Position numbers and translations under genes: made by a program. Positions 54,998 through 64,000 of a stretch of 64,000 bases of DNA are shown here, piece by piece (within the stretch, counting starts at the first letter, position 1; each line of letters starts with the position of its first letter). This DNA comes from Candidatus Latescibacterota bacterium (lineage in GTDB: Bacteria; Latescibacterota; UBA2968; UBA8231). The notes below the pieces were generated by a model, which was given only the letters and a program-made list of their open reading frames with translations, was not told the DNA's origin and made no database searches. The stretch covers positions 5,312,001 through 5,376,000 of the forward strand of contig OZ244561.1 of assembly GCA_965217585.1 (NCBI GenBank). The letters run 5' to 3'.

Positions 54998-57211
54998 ATG
55001 TTGGTGAGAAGCGGTTTTCCCCATCGGCCTTACATCCATCACTTCCCTAGCGTCGAGCTTGAGGAACGCCGTCGCCTGCACGGCAGCGGTCGCATAGCGC
55101 GGTCCACCGCGGTGCAGGCGGGAGATGATATCGAACTGACCCTGCGGTTCGAGCTCGGCGAGACAGCAATCCCTGCAGGCGGACACTTACGGGTCGCTTG
55201 GCTGTGGCCGTTCGACTGGTCCATGCTGCAGACGAGTGATCCCGGCGCTCCAGGGTACGTCCACGCATTCTGCTCGCGGCGCGAGGTCGACTTGCGGGTG
55301 ACCTTTGCCTTCCGGGGCGACCTGATCCCGTGGAATCACCATATCGATGTCGAAGTCCTCTCCGGTGTGCTGACCGAGGGAGATGCGGTTGAACTGACCT
55401 GCCGGGAGTGGCGTTCCCCCACCTTTGTCGTGCCCGATGCCGAGCTGCTCTTTCTGATTAATCCGGATGGCGGCGACCGCTGGATCCAGCTACCGCCTGT
55501 GCGAGGATTCCCCATTGTAGCTGGTGCTCCAGCGCGACTGTTCGCTCTCGCTCCGGCAGACGGGCTCGTCGACGAAGATCTCGTACTGACGCTGCGCGTT
55601 GAGGACGAGTGGGGAAATCCCTTGCTCATCGAGGATTCCGTTCCAGAGGTAATCCCTGCCGACGGAGTCAGAGTGGCCTCCGTCGAAAGCGCTGGTGACA
55701 TGCCTGCTTACCAAGCCCGGGTGCGTATCGCCAGCCCGGGTATCCATCGCATTGCGGTCGCTGTTCCCCGCTGCCAACTGCAGGCAGTGACCAACCCGGT
55801 GCGCATCGCCGCTGAGCCCCCTCCGTTGCGCATCTTCTGGGGCGACCTGCATGCTGGCCAGGGCCGAATCGGCTGCGGCGTCGGCTCGGTGCGCCACCAC
55901 TTCGACTACGCCCGTTACGTAGCCGGTCTGCAGGTCTGCTCGCACCAAGGGAATGACCACCACGTCAGCCTGGACCTGTGGGAGCAAACGCGCCGCGAGT
56001 CGGCCGCCGCCAATGAGGAGGGACGTTTTGTTGCCTTTCTCGGGTGCGAGTGGAGCGCCTACACACCGGACGGCGGCGACCGCAACGTCATTTATCGACG
56101 CGATGAGCCGCGCTTGCGGCGTTCTGGTCGCTTCTTCACCGAAGACGTGCCCGATCCGGAGCCCGACCTCGAAACAGCGACCGAGTTTCTGGATGTCATG
56201 CGAAATGAAGAGGTATTCATCAACATGCACGCTGGCGGCAGGCCGACCAACCTCGATTTCCACGAGCCGGGAATCGAAACCCTCGCTGAGATCCACTCCA
56301 CCCACGGCACTTCGGACTGGTTCGTGCTCGACGCCTTGCGTCGCGGTTACCGCGTCGGAATAACCGCTGGAACCGACGGCGTTGCCGGCCGGCCCGGATG
56401 CGACCATCCCGGTAGTCGGCTTATCCGCAACGCGCGCAGCGGTGTCACCGCTTTTCTAGCCTCCGAACTCACCCAGGATGCGTTGTGGGATGCGATTGCA
56501 GCGCGGCGGTGTTACGCCACTGACGGACCCCGCATACTGCTCGACGTCCGAGCCGACGGCCATCTCATGGGAAGCGAATACGCGACCGAGGATTCTCCCC
56601 TTGTGTCGATCGAGGCCGAGGGAACGGCGGGGATTGAGCAGATTGACCTGCTGTGTGGCCCCGACCTGCTGTGGACCTGGCGACCGACGATGGCACCTGC
56701 CGAAAGAGCCTTGCGCATCCTCTGGGGAGGAACCGAACGGCACGGCAGTGCTCCCGATCAGCGCGTCTTCTGGAAGGGCCGGTTCATCGTCGAAAACGGA
56801 CGAATCGCCAATGTCGAGCCAGTCGCTTTGGTTTCTCCCTTCGACCGTCTCGAACTGGCTGACGACCAAACGGTTTGTTTCGACACGGTCTCTGCGGGAA
56901 ACCGCATGGGGATGTGCCTAGAAATCGAAGCAGACGCGGCGACATTATGCCGCTTTGAATCCTGTCCTGCGACCTTCGAATTTGGCTTGGCTCAGGTGCG
57001 GGAACAACCGATGAGAGTGGATGCAGGGGGCGTCAGTCGGCACGTCATCGTCGGACAGGCTCCGAACCCGAACCTGCCGCGGCGGGTAGAACTCTCGTTC
57101 CGAGACACGCGGACGGCAAAGGGTCTATGTCCCTACTGGGTGCAACTGACGCAGTGCGATCAGCACCGCGCCTGGAGCAGCCCAATCTACGTTCAACGCC
57201 AGCTCGGCTGA
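54998..57211 (+). CDS. DUF3604-like protein (PHP-type metal-binding domain)
   Basis: FWGDLH, GCEWS...GGDRNV, EIHSTHG, RRCYATDG, AWSSPI. Confidence 0.75.
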   Translation: MLVRSGFPHRPYIHHFPSVELEERRRLHGSGRIARSTAVQAGDDIELTLRFELGETAIPAGGHLRVAWLWPFDWSMLQTSDPGAPGYVHAFCSRREVDLRVTFAFRGDLIPWNHHIDVEVLSGVLTEGDAVELTCREWRSPTFVVPDAELLFLINPDGGDRWIQLPPVRGFPIVAGAPARLFALAPADGLVDEDLVLTLRVEDEWGNPLLIEDSVPEVIPADGVRVASVESAGDMPAYQARVRIASPGIHRIAVAVPRCQLQAVTNPVRIAAEPPPLRIFWGDLHAGQGRIGCGVGSVRHHFDYARYVAGLQVCSHQGNDHHVSLDLWEQTRRESAAANEEGRFVAFLGCEWSAYTPDGGDRNVIYRRDEPRLRRSGRFFTEDVPDPEPDLETATEFLDVMRNEEVFINMHAGGRPTNLDFHEPGIETLAEIHSTHGTSDWFVLDALRRGYRVGITAGTDGVAGRPGCDHPGSRLIRNARSGVTAFLASELTQDALWDAIAARRCYATDGPRILLDVRADGHLMGSEYATEDSPLVSIEAEGTAGIEQIDLLCGPDLLWTWRPTMAPAERALRILWGGTERHGSAPDQRVFWKGRFIVENGRIANVEPVALVSPFDRLELADDQTVCFDTVSAGNRMGMCLEIEADAATLCRFESCPATFEFGLAQVREQPMRVDAGGVSRHVIVGQAPNPNLPRRVELSFRDTRTAKGLCPYWVQLTQCDQHRAWSSPIYVQRQLG

Positions 57212-57541
57212 CCGCGGGATCAGCGGACTTCGCAATGGCACACCGAAACGTCCATTCGATCACCTATCGGTGCGTCAGCAACAGTCGATCAGGCTGCTGT
57301 CATTGTGTATCGGTCACATCCGTTACATATTCGTGGGAAGACGTACTCAATAGCCTCTTTTCCTGCCTGTGTAGGCGGGTTGAAGCGAGCTTTGTGAGGA
57401 AACCTAAAGGTCGTTTAATGGATAGTCCTTTCCAGGCGTTCCTAAAACAGAACGGGTTTTGAAACGGCTCTACAGGTTCTGCGTACTCTCCGCCTTTGAC
57501 CATCTGACGAAGTTTACTCTCTTGCCAAGGAAAAACCCCGC

Positions 57542-59107
57542 ATGAAGGACTCTTCGATCTACATTCCCGCCTGCGACTGGGACTCGACCGCATCCCTGCC
57601 GCAATCGCTTCTTGGCTGGCAGTACGCCAAGCGCCTGATGCTGGTGAACGACACCGCACACGACCGCCGAGGTGAACCGGTCGAAGCGGACGTGGACATT
57701 CACGCCGCCCACGTCACCGACCTCGGCCGAGAGGTCCGCGTCGCTCGTCTCTCCGGCGAAAACGGTCCTATAGAAGTCGTGCCGAGTCAGGCTCATCTCA
57801 TGGACCGCGAGGACGAGTTGCTGCGCTGTCGGCTATTTTTCCTTGCCGATGTGGCCGCCAGGGGTTCGGCGACCTACCTCCTGCTATACGGCAACCCGGA
57901 GGCACCCGAACCCTGCTACGACACCGACCTCAAGGTCTCGGGCGAAGGGTATGCCCTTGAGGTGGAAAACGAGTATTATCGGGCTGTCCTCGGGAAGATG
58001 AACGGCAACTGGAAGAATCACTACTCGAAAAGGGGGCCAGCAGAACTCGTAAACCGACACGGCCACGGAGTCGAAGGCACCATTCACTGGGGGCCTGACT
58101 GGAGCGACGAGCGCGTCGGCCGCTACCGGCTCACCAACTGGGATGGTCCACCCATGTTCGACTACGATGTGGTCAGGGGACCGGTCTGCGTGCGCATCCG
58201 CCGCTGGGGCCACCCGATCTTGTCAATCGGTCCCCAAGTCGGTCGGCTCCACAAGGTCATGGCTACCGTGACTTACAGCTTCTGGGCCGGTCAGCCCTAC
58301 GTCGTTATGGAATCGAAACTCGAGGTTCTCGAGGATGTGCGTTTCCGCGACTGCCGCAACGACGAGTTCGTCATCGGCGAACACCTGCCCGAACGAGCTT
58401 GGATGGGACCGGAGGGAGAGATCGGTTTTGGGGCCCGGGGCTGGCAGCGCGAGGACCCGCGCTGGGTGACCCATTTCAACCGCGAAACCGGCGAAGGATT
58501 CGGCAGCATTCACCTCGAATTCGAGAATACCAACCCGAGTTGGCCGCAGCCGGCCCACGCCGGATTCTCGCACACCGGCACTTGGGTCCGCTATCCGGTG
58601 CAGCATGCGGCGATGCGCGCTGGCGAGCACGTGTACGAAAGAAACGCCTACGTACTGCACCGCTACGAAGAGGGGGGGGAGCACGGCGGCCTCGCCGACC
58701 TCGTCAGCCACCAGCAACGCCTGCTCAAACCGATCACCCAGGGCGAAGCCCTCCCGGCTCCTAGGCCGATCAACCGCGACAATGTCATGGACGCGCTGCG
58801 GGCCACCAACGAATTTGAGCTCTACGTCCAGGGGTCACCTTGGGGGCAGCGCCAGCTTAGCTTCGTCGATATCGGAGTCGTGCAGGAGGTCGTCATCAAA
58901 GGGAGCGACATCCGCGTCGACGTCGTCATGCCGTACGCGGGCCGCGAAACTTGGTTCGACTGGTTTTCCGCTGGCATTGAGGAGCAACTCCGCGCCCGCC
59001 TAAGCGATGTCGGAGAGATCGAGGTGCGCCTAGTCCGCGAGCCGAAATGGACCCCGCGGCGATTGAGCGCCCGCGCCCGCCGCGTCATCGGGCCTAGGGA
59101 AGAGTAG
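57542..59107 (+). CDS. Hypothetical beta-rich protein with C-terminal DUF59 (FeS assembly/SufT-like) domain
   Basis: C-terminus VMDALR...SFVDIGVV...EVRLVREPKWTPRRLS; N-terminal region with VVRGPV beta-sandwich motif. Confidence 0.6.
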   Translation: MKDSSIYIPACDWDSTASLPQSLLGWQYAKRLMLVNDTAHDRRGEPVEADVDIHAAHVTDLGREVRVARLSGENGPIEVVPSQAHLMDREDELLRCRLFFLADVAARGSATYLLLYGNPEAPEPCYDTDLKVSGEGYALEVENEYYRAVLGKMNGNWKNHYSKRGPAELVNRHGHGVEGTIHWGPDWSDERVGRYRLTNWDGPPMFDYDVVRGPVCVRIRRWGHPILSIGPQVGRLHKVMATVTYSFWAGQPYVVMESKLEVLEDVRFRDCRNDEFVIGEHLPERAWMGPEGEIGFGARGWQREDPRWVTHFNRETGEGFGSIHLEFENTNPSWPQPAHAGFSHTGTWVRYPVQHAAMRAGEHVYERNAYVLHRYEEGGEHGGLADLVSHQQRLLKPITQGEALPAPRPINRDNVMDALRATNEFELYVQGSPWGQRQLSFVDIGVVQEVVIKGSDIRVDVVMPYAGRETWFDWFSAGIEEQLRARLSDVGEIEVRLVREPKWTPRRLSARARRVIGPREE

Positions 59108-59114
59108 AACCCCC

Positions 59115-60485
59115 TTATAACACCAACTCGTCCGGCGGCTCGTAGTCGCTTTTGCGCGGGTCCCAGCGGGTTCCGCATTTGTCGCTAATGACCACCCATT
59201 CACCCGAACTGAGGTTGCCTTGGTGGTGGTAGTTAAAGCGCCTGAGCCCCGCGGCCTCGGCGGCGTCGAGCAACATCTTGAGGTCGCGCGCCGACATCGG
59301 GTCGCCATCGTGGGGAAAGCGACCGGTGTCGAGCCAGGGCACGATGCGCTCCGGGTCATCGACCGAGGCCAGCGCCCGTCGCGTCTCCTGCGTTACCACC
59401 TGCTCGAAAAACTCCGGATTGAGGGCACTCTCGAAATCGAGCATGTCGTCGCCCACGCCCGGCAGGACGATGCCGAAGAGAGCCTGCACGACATCGAGGG
59501 TGTCGGCCACACTGATCCCCGGATTCCACTCTAGAAGCGTCTGCGAGTAGCGGTAGACCGTGCCGAGGAATCCGTCGAAGCCCCGGTGAAAGAAGTAGTG
59601 TTTCGGCAGTAGGAAATCCATGAACTGGGCTAGGTCGACGAAGTCGTACCCACACAGGGGTGCAAAGGCCGCCGAGCGTGGGCCGCATCCTAGGCGCACC
59701 GGGCGCTCTAGCTCGGCGGCGACGCCTGCGCGGATGCGGCGAAAATAGCGAGTCAGCGAGTCGGCCCGGAACGACAGCCAAGCCATCAGATCGGGATCGG
59801 CTCCGAGCATGCGGTGGGCTCCGACTAGGCCGCCGCGGGCGTGTCCGCGGATGCGCACTGGGTCGAGGTTGTGAAACAGAGACAGGAGCCTGTCTTTGGC
59901 GGCCACCATGGCCTCGTAGTCGTACCCCAGATCCTCGGCCATTGGTGCCACAGATTCCGGCAGGTCGTGAAAGAAGTAGGAGCGGTGATTCATGTGATGA
60001 GGGGCGATTTCGTACCCCCACTCCGGTCCGTCCATCACGGCGCCGTCTGCCATCGGGAAGTGCTCTAGCGTATCGACCATGCGTGCTACCCGCGATGCCA
60101 GCGTCTTGTCGTCATGCAGGTGGTGGCCCGTACCCCCTGGACCGGCGCCACCGTCGGCGTACATACAGTAAACCTGCATACCGCGGTCTTTGGCGGCGTT
60201 CATCGTCTTTTCTAGCAGGGCCCTTTTCTCGGGCAGCTTCTGTGCCGGCGGCGGTGGTGGCTCGACTCCGAGCCGCGCGTACACCGCCGGGTTCGGATCG
60301 TACGCCTCCGCCACGATATCGCCGGTGGGAGCGGACACTGCATCCTTCGACAGTTTCGAAGTGCCGAACACGAGTGGTCCGAACACGACTCCATCGACGC
60401 CGCCCTCTGCCCAAGCATCGAGTATGCGCTCGTGATCATTCATCACGCTCTCGAGATCGCGCATTACATCCATCCACAGCTTCAT
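59115..60485 (-). CDS. Hypothetical protein, probable TIM-barrel/glycoside-hydrolase-like fold
   Basis: 456-aa ORF, RBS AGGAGG, DGAVMDGPEWGY motif; no clear family recognised. Confidence 0.6.
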   Translation of the reverse strand: MKLWMDVMRDLESVMNDHERILDAWAEGGVDGVVFGPLVFGTSKLSKDAVSAPTGDIVAEAYDPNPAVYARLGVEPPPPPAQKLPEKRALLEKTMNAAKDRGMQVYCMYADGGAGPGGTGHHLHDDKTLASRVARMVDTLEHFPMADGAVMDGPEWGYEIAPHHMNHRSYFFHDLPESVAPMAEDLGYDYEAMVAAKDRLLSLFHNLDPVRIRGHARGGLVGAHRMLGADPDLMAWLSFRADSLTRYFRRIRAGVAAELERPVRLGCGPRSAAFAPLCGYDFVDLAQFMDFLLPKHYFFHRGFDGFLGTVYRYSQTLLEWNPGISVADTLDVVQALFGIVLPGVGDDMLDFESALNPEFFEQVVTQETRRALASVDDPERIVPWLDTGRFPHDGDPMSARDLKMLLDAAEAAGLRRFNYHHQGNLSSGEWVVISDKCGTRWDPRKSDYEPPDELVL

Positions 60486-60520
60486 GGTCAACCTCCTCCT
60501 TGTCTTTTGGTGTCAGCCTC

Positions 60521-60587
60521 TCAAACGAAGGTCCCGCCGAGCGGCTGTTTCCTGCATACCCGTGAAATAGTCGATAACCAGCCACAT
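60521..60587 (-). pseudogene. Frameshifted 3' remnant of a DUF6785/DUF6784-like gene
   Basis: Reads MWLVIDYFTGMQ then, after a frameshift, QPLGGTFV*; compare MWLVIDYFTGMVGNQPIGGSFV* of 50669..52705. Confidence 0.8.
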
Positions 60588-60622
60588 GCTGGAGAATCTC
60601 ATAGGAAGCCGGCGAAGCGGTC

Positions 60623-61378
60623 TCAGTGGGTAGGCGTAAAGCGGCATACGCCGTCGAAGGAGACGCGCAATCGGGGGTGGCTCTCGTAGGGCCACGGATT
60701 GTAGGAGCGGGGAATGTAGTGGCCTGCCCAGCTATGGCGAAAAGATCCCCCGTCCAAAATGGGGCCGCCGCGGTGGATTAAGCGGCCGTTAAAGAACACG
60801 ATGTCGCCTTTGTCCGCTTCAATGGCAATTTCCGGCAACCCGTTGCGCGCGAAAAGGGTGTCAAAAGCGTCGTCTTGGTCACAGCCATACCAGGGGCCCG
60901 GTTCGCCGTTTTCATCGCGGCGGAAGTGGCGCTTTTCTATTAGATCTCCCTTGTGGGAGCCCACCTGAATGTGAATGCTGCCGTTGCGGGCGCTGACTTG
61001 CTGGAGAGCGACCCAGGCCGACATGCAGCCCGGCAGGAAAAAGGCGTCTTGGTGCCGGCGTTGCTCGGAACCCTGGTAAAAGTACATGCTCTGGACCCCA
61101 TCGGGCTCGGTGCCGAGGAAGGTGCGCAACGGCTGGCGCAGTCTGGGATCGAGCATCCAGGCTAGGCCAGCGGGATGGTGCAGGCTGCGGCTGATTAAGC
61201 GGCTCCAATCGTCCGGCTGGCGCGGGGGATAGCCTTCGACGCTGAAGCGGCCGGCGTGGAGGTCCATCATGTAGGTGACAAAGCGGTCGCACTCGTCGGC
61301 GGTAAAGCCGCCGCGGACGATCGCAAAGCCATCGCGCTCGTACTGTTCTTGGTGCAGGGAGGTTATTTCCAGTTCCAT
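60623..61378 (-). CDS. Phytanoyl-CoA dioxygenase (PhyH) family protein
   Basis: YERDGFAIV, HQD, SAWVAL...NG...GSHK, GDIVFF..LIHRG. Confidence 0.9.
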   Translation of the reverse strand: MELEITSLHQEQYERDGFAIVRGGFTADECDRFVTYMMDLHAGRFSVEGYPPRQPDDWSRLISRSLHHPAGLAWMLDPRLRQPLRTFLGTEPDGVQSMYFYQGSEQRRHQDAFFLPGCMSAWVALQQVSARNGSIHIQVGSHKGDLIEKRHFRRDENGEPGPWYGCDQDDAFDTLFARNGLPEIAIEADKGDIVFFNGRLIHRGGPILDGGSFRHSWAGHYIPRSYNPWPYESHPRLRVSFDGVCRFTPTH

Positions 61379-61404
61379 CGGGTTCTCGCTCTGTGATTGT
61401 GGGC

Positions 61405-61440
61405 TTGACAACTGACTGAATTAACGTTAATTCAGTCAGT
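61405..61440. promoter_or_regulatory. TTGACA followed by a perfect 30-bp palindrome (candidate operator)
   Basis: ACTGACTGAATTAAC|GTTAATTCAGTCAGT at 61411-61440, ending 3 bp before ATG 61444. Confidence 0.75.
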
Positions 61441-61443
61441 ATC

Positions 61444-62595
61444 ATGTCCGGTATTTATATTCCCCAAGCACAACTTACTCGACTCAAGCGCCTGGCTACC
61501 CCCGGTAAAGTCGCCGTGGTGTACGGTCCTAGGCGGGTGGGTAAGACCACCTTGATCCAGCATTACGTCCAACAGTACGACCGCGACGCCCTCTTGGTGA
61601 CTGGGGAAGATATAACGGTACGCGAGTATTTGGAAAGTCAATCCTTAGTCAAATTGCGAGCCTTTATCGGTCAACGGCGCACATTGATTATCGACGAAGC
61701 CCAGCACGTGCGGCAAATCGGCCTAAATCTGAAGCTATTAGCCGATCACGTCGAAGAGCTACGCATTATCGCCACGGGTTCTTCTTCCTTTGATCTAGCT
61801 CAGCAGACGGGCGAGCCTTTGACGGGCCGCAAATACACGCTGTTGCTGTTGCCCTTGGCCCAGCTCGAACTGCAGGAGGTGGAAACAGCTCACCAGACTA
61901 GGGCTCAGCTCGAACTGCGGTTGATCTACGGGTCGTATCCCGAAGTCGTCCTCATGGAGTCGAACGAAGACCGCCAGCTTTATATAAAGGAACTAATAGC
62001 TTCCTATCTGTTCAAAGATATTCTACAGTTGGAAGGCGTTCGACACGCCGACAAATTGCTCCGCTTGCTCCAGTTGCTTGCTTTTCAGATTGGCCGCGAG
62101 GTTTCGGTGGCGGAATTGGGAGCCCAACTAGGGATGAACAAGAACACGGTGGAGCGCTATCTCGACCTACTCGAAAAAGCCTATATCCTCTATAGCCGCC
62201 GTGGCTTCAGCCGCAATCTCCGCAAGGAAATTACCAAGAGCCGGCGCTACTATTTTTACGACAATGGCATTAGGAACGGACTGATCAACAACTTCAACGT
62301 CCTATCTTTGCGCGATGATGTGGGGGCCTTGTGGGAGAACTATGTCTTGGTCGAACGACTGAAGTACAACCTATATACGGGGCGCTTGGCCGAGAGCCAT
62401 TTCTGGCGCACCTACGACCAACAGGAGATCGATTTGATCGAGGAGTGGGGAGGGGAGCTGCACGCCGCTGAAATGAAGTGGTCGCCGCAAGCCACTACCC
62501 GGGTACCCCGAGGGTGGCGTCAAGCGTACCGCGATAGTTCGTTCAAGGTCGTCCATCAAGGGAATTACCTCGATTTTATCACCGGTTCAAAATAG
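61444..62595 (+). CDS. AAA_14 ATPase with DUF4143 domain
   Basis: GPRRVGKTT Walker A, IIDEAQ Walker B, TGSSS, LTGR, GSYPE, HTH-like segment, FWRT.DQQEIDLI. Confidence 0.9.
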   Translation: MSGIYIPQAQLTRLKRLATPGKVAVVYGPRRVGKTTLIQHYVQQYDRDALLVTGEDITVREYLESQSLVKLRAFIGQRRTLIIDEAQHVRQIGLNLKLLADHVEELRIIATGSSSFDLAQQTGEPLTGRKYTLLLLPLAQLELQEVETAHQTRAQLELRLIYGSYPEVVLMESNEDRQLYIKELIASYLFKDILQLEGVRHADKLLRLLQLLAFQIGREVSVAELGAQLGMNKNTVERYLDLLEKAYILYSRRGFSRNLRKEITKSRRYYFYDNGIRNGLINNFNVLSLRDDVGALWENYVLVERLKYNLYTGRLAESHFWRTYDQQEIDLIEEWGGELHAAEMKWSPQATTRVPRGWRQAYRDSSFKVVHQGNYLDFITGSK

Positions 62596-62597
62596 GC

Positions 62598-63998
62598 CTA
62601 CAACGCGCCCGATTTCAGGGCCCGCCGGCCGAGGGCCTCGATGTCCTCATCTATATGGGTCGTCTGGACCAGTACCAAGCTCAGCGCTACTGCCCAGCGC
62701 GTGCCAGCGGCGATCGCCCCTCCATCCGCGCTCAGATTCAAGTGATTGTCTAGCCACGTTTCGCAGAGGGCGTATTCCTGTCTAGCGCCCTCGATTTGCT
62801 CGGGACAGCTCAACGCCAAGATACTCGCCCTTGGCCCACCGTACAAGGCGACAAATAAATTGCCCTCGTAGTGCTGGAATAGCTCCCCAGCCAGCACCCG
62901 GGAGGTCCCCGCCGCCCGGTGATCAATGCGCATCCATTGCCCGTCCTCGGCCATCACCAGCACCCGGTCCGAACCCCAAGTCTCCGGGTAGCGCTTCTCT
63001 TCTGGAAAGAAGTTACAGTACTGAATGGCCCCCGGCTCCCACCGCTCGTGCGCTGTGAAGCGGCAGCGCAAGTCGAGGCGCAAGCGGTCTGCCGCAAAGG
63101 GGATGCGTACCTCGATGTCGGATTCGGCTGTGCCTGCGGGATTCTCGGCCACGACCCGTAAGCCGACCGCATCCGGTCCGTTTTCAATTAGGTCCACCGT
63201 TTTGGGATGGTTGAGACATTGATACGCGGTGCTGGCGTTGGCAGTGAACCAGTAGAGCGGTAGCCGAGCCATGACCGAATGGGGATCGCCCGGCACTTTT
63301 AGATCCCGCATCTTCAGATCCCGCAGGCAGAACGCACCCAAGTTGCCGTTGGCGTGCGCCGTAGAGAATAGTAGCAAGTTCTGGCGCTCGTCCCACCGCT
63401 GCGCGGCCAGCCAAATTCCCGGGGCCGAAGTCAGTTCCACGTCCACCTTGCGGTCGGCGGCTAGGGAGACGGTCGTTAGCATCTCGTCCGGCGGCCGGTC
63501 CGCGTCGGTCAGGATCGGGCCGTGGCGGTCGTCGGGCCGCAGCAGGTTGGGGCCGTTCGGGTCGTCGGCCGTCCCCCCGTCGCTCAGCGGCCAGACGAGC
63601 TTGGCTGGGTTGCCAACCGGACGTCTCCCCAAGCCGCGAATGTGGAGCCGCACCTGCCGCTCTGCGGGATCGGCCGGAAAGGTCACTTTTAGGTGCTCAG
63701 CGGTTTTGCTGATCACCGTCGTCCCTTCCATCGGACCGTAGTAGAGAGCCTTCCCTCCGTCCACAACCGGGGTCAGCGGATTTTGCAAGGCACGTTTCTT
63801 GCGCGCCAAAGTCCCCTCGTCGCCAGCGGTCAAAAGGGCCAGCATCCCGTTGAAGGCTTCTGCGGGACCGCGGGCGCGCGATTCGCCCTCGGCCCAGACG
63901 CCCCGCACGACCGGCCCGTCCTCAAGCCGCACCGACGACCATCCGGGCGATCCCCCCCATTGTTCAAAATAAGGTCCCCAACTCCGGTAAAAGGGCGG
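62598..63998 (-). CDS. Hypothetical protein (5' end beyond window)
   Basis: Frame stays open from 63932 to the window edge (PPFYRSWGPYFEQWGG...). Confidence 0.7.
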   Translation of the reverse strand, partial: PPFYRSWGPYFEQWGGSPGWSSVRLEDGPVVRGVWAEGESRARGPAEAFNGMLALLTAGDEGTLARKKRALQNPLTPVVDGGKALYYGPMEGTTVISKTAEHLKVTFPADPAERQVRLHIRGLGRRPVGNPAKLVWPLSDGGTADDPNGPNLLRPDDRHGPILTDADRPPDEMLTTVSLAADRKVDVELTSAPGIWLAAQRWDERQNLLLFSTAHANGNLGAFCLRDLKMRDLKVPGDPHSVMARLPLYWFTANASTAYQCLNHPKTVDLIENGPDAVGLRVVAENPAGTAESDIEVRIPFAADRLRLDLRCRFTAHERWEPGAIQYCNFFPEEKRYPETWGSDRVLVMAEDGQWMRIDHRAAGTSRVLAGELFQHYEGNLFVALYGGPRASILALSCPEQIEGARQEYALCETWLDNHLNLSADGGAIAAGTRWAVALSLVLVQTTHIDEDIEALGRRALKSGAL

Positions 63999-64000
63999 TC

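Noticed and set aside
57212-57541. Possible IS end or ncRNA in an AT-richer spacer with an imperfect inverted repeat near 57436-57470
   Set aside because: No transposase, target duplication or recognisable RNA family.
1-64000. CRISPR array, tRNA or rRNA
   Set aside because: No regularly spaced short repeats or recognisable structural RNA motifs were found.

Overview
GC-rich, gene-dense bacterial DNA. No rRNA, tRNA, CRISPR array, transposase or reverse transcriptase was recognised. The gene content (PhyH dioxygenases, a sulfatase, DUF3604, many DUF6785-like membrane proteins, FlgD-Ig-tailed secreted proteins, C-terminal SWGRIK motifs) resembles Latescibacterota/Poribacteria-like lineages, which is an inference. 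The window is dominated by one recurring uncharacterised envelope system. It comprises seven secreted discoidin-like proteins with a TPNGD/FlgD-Ig C-terminal domain, four of them near-identical mosaic paralogues with hypervariable loops; two paralogous ~925-aa putative outer-membrane beta-barrels with Asp/Asn-rich Ca-binding-type loops; two CBM9/DOMON-like secreted proteins ending in TAVExDSWGRIKS, each followed by a terminator and then an FlgD-tail gene; six intact ~650-aa DUF6785/DUF6784-like inner-membrane proteins plus a remnant of a seventh; a PPIase, four GT-C glycosyltransferases and catabolic enzymes. The layout is analogous to a SusC/SusD-type utilisation locus built from different parts. 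Smaller signals include a perfect 30-bp palindrome before an AAA/DUF4143 gene, a ~600-bp direct repeat, two gene relics and an apparent excess of CTAG sites.
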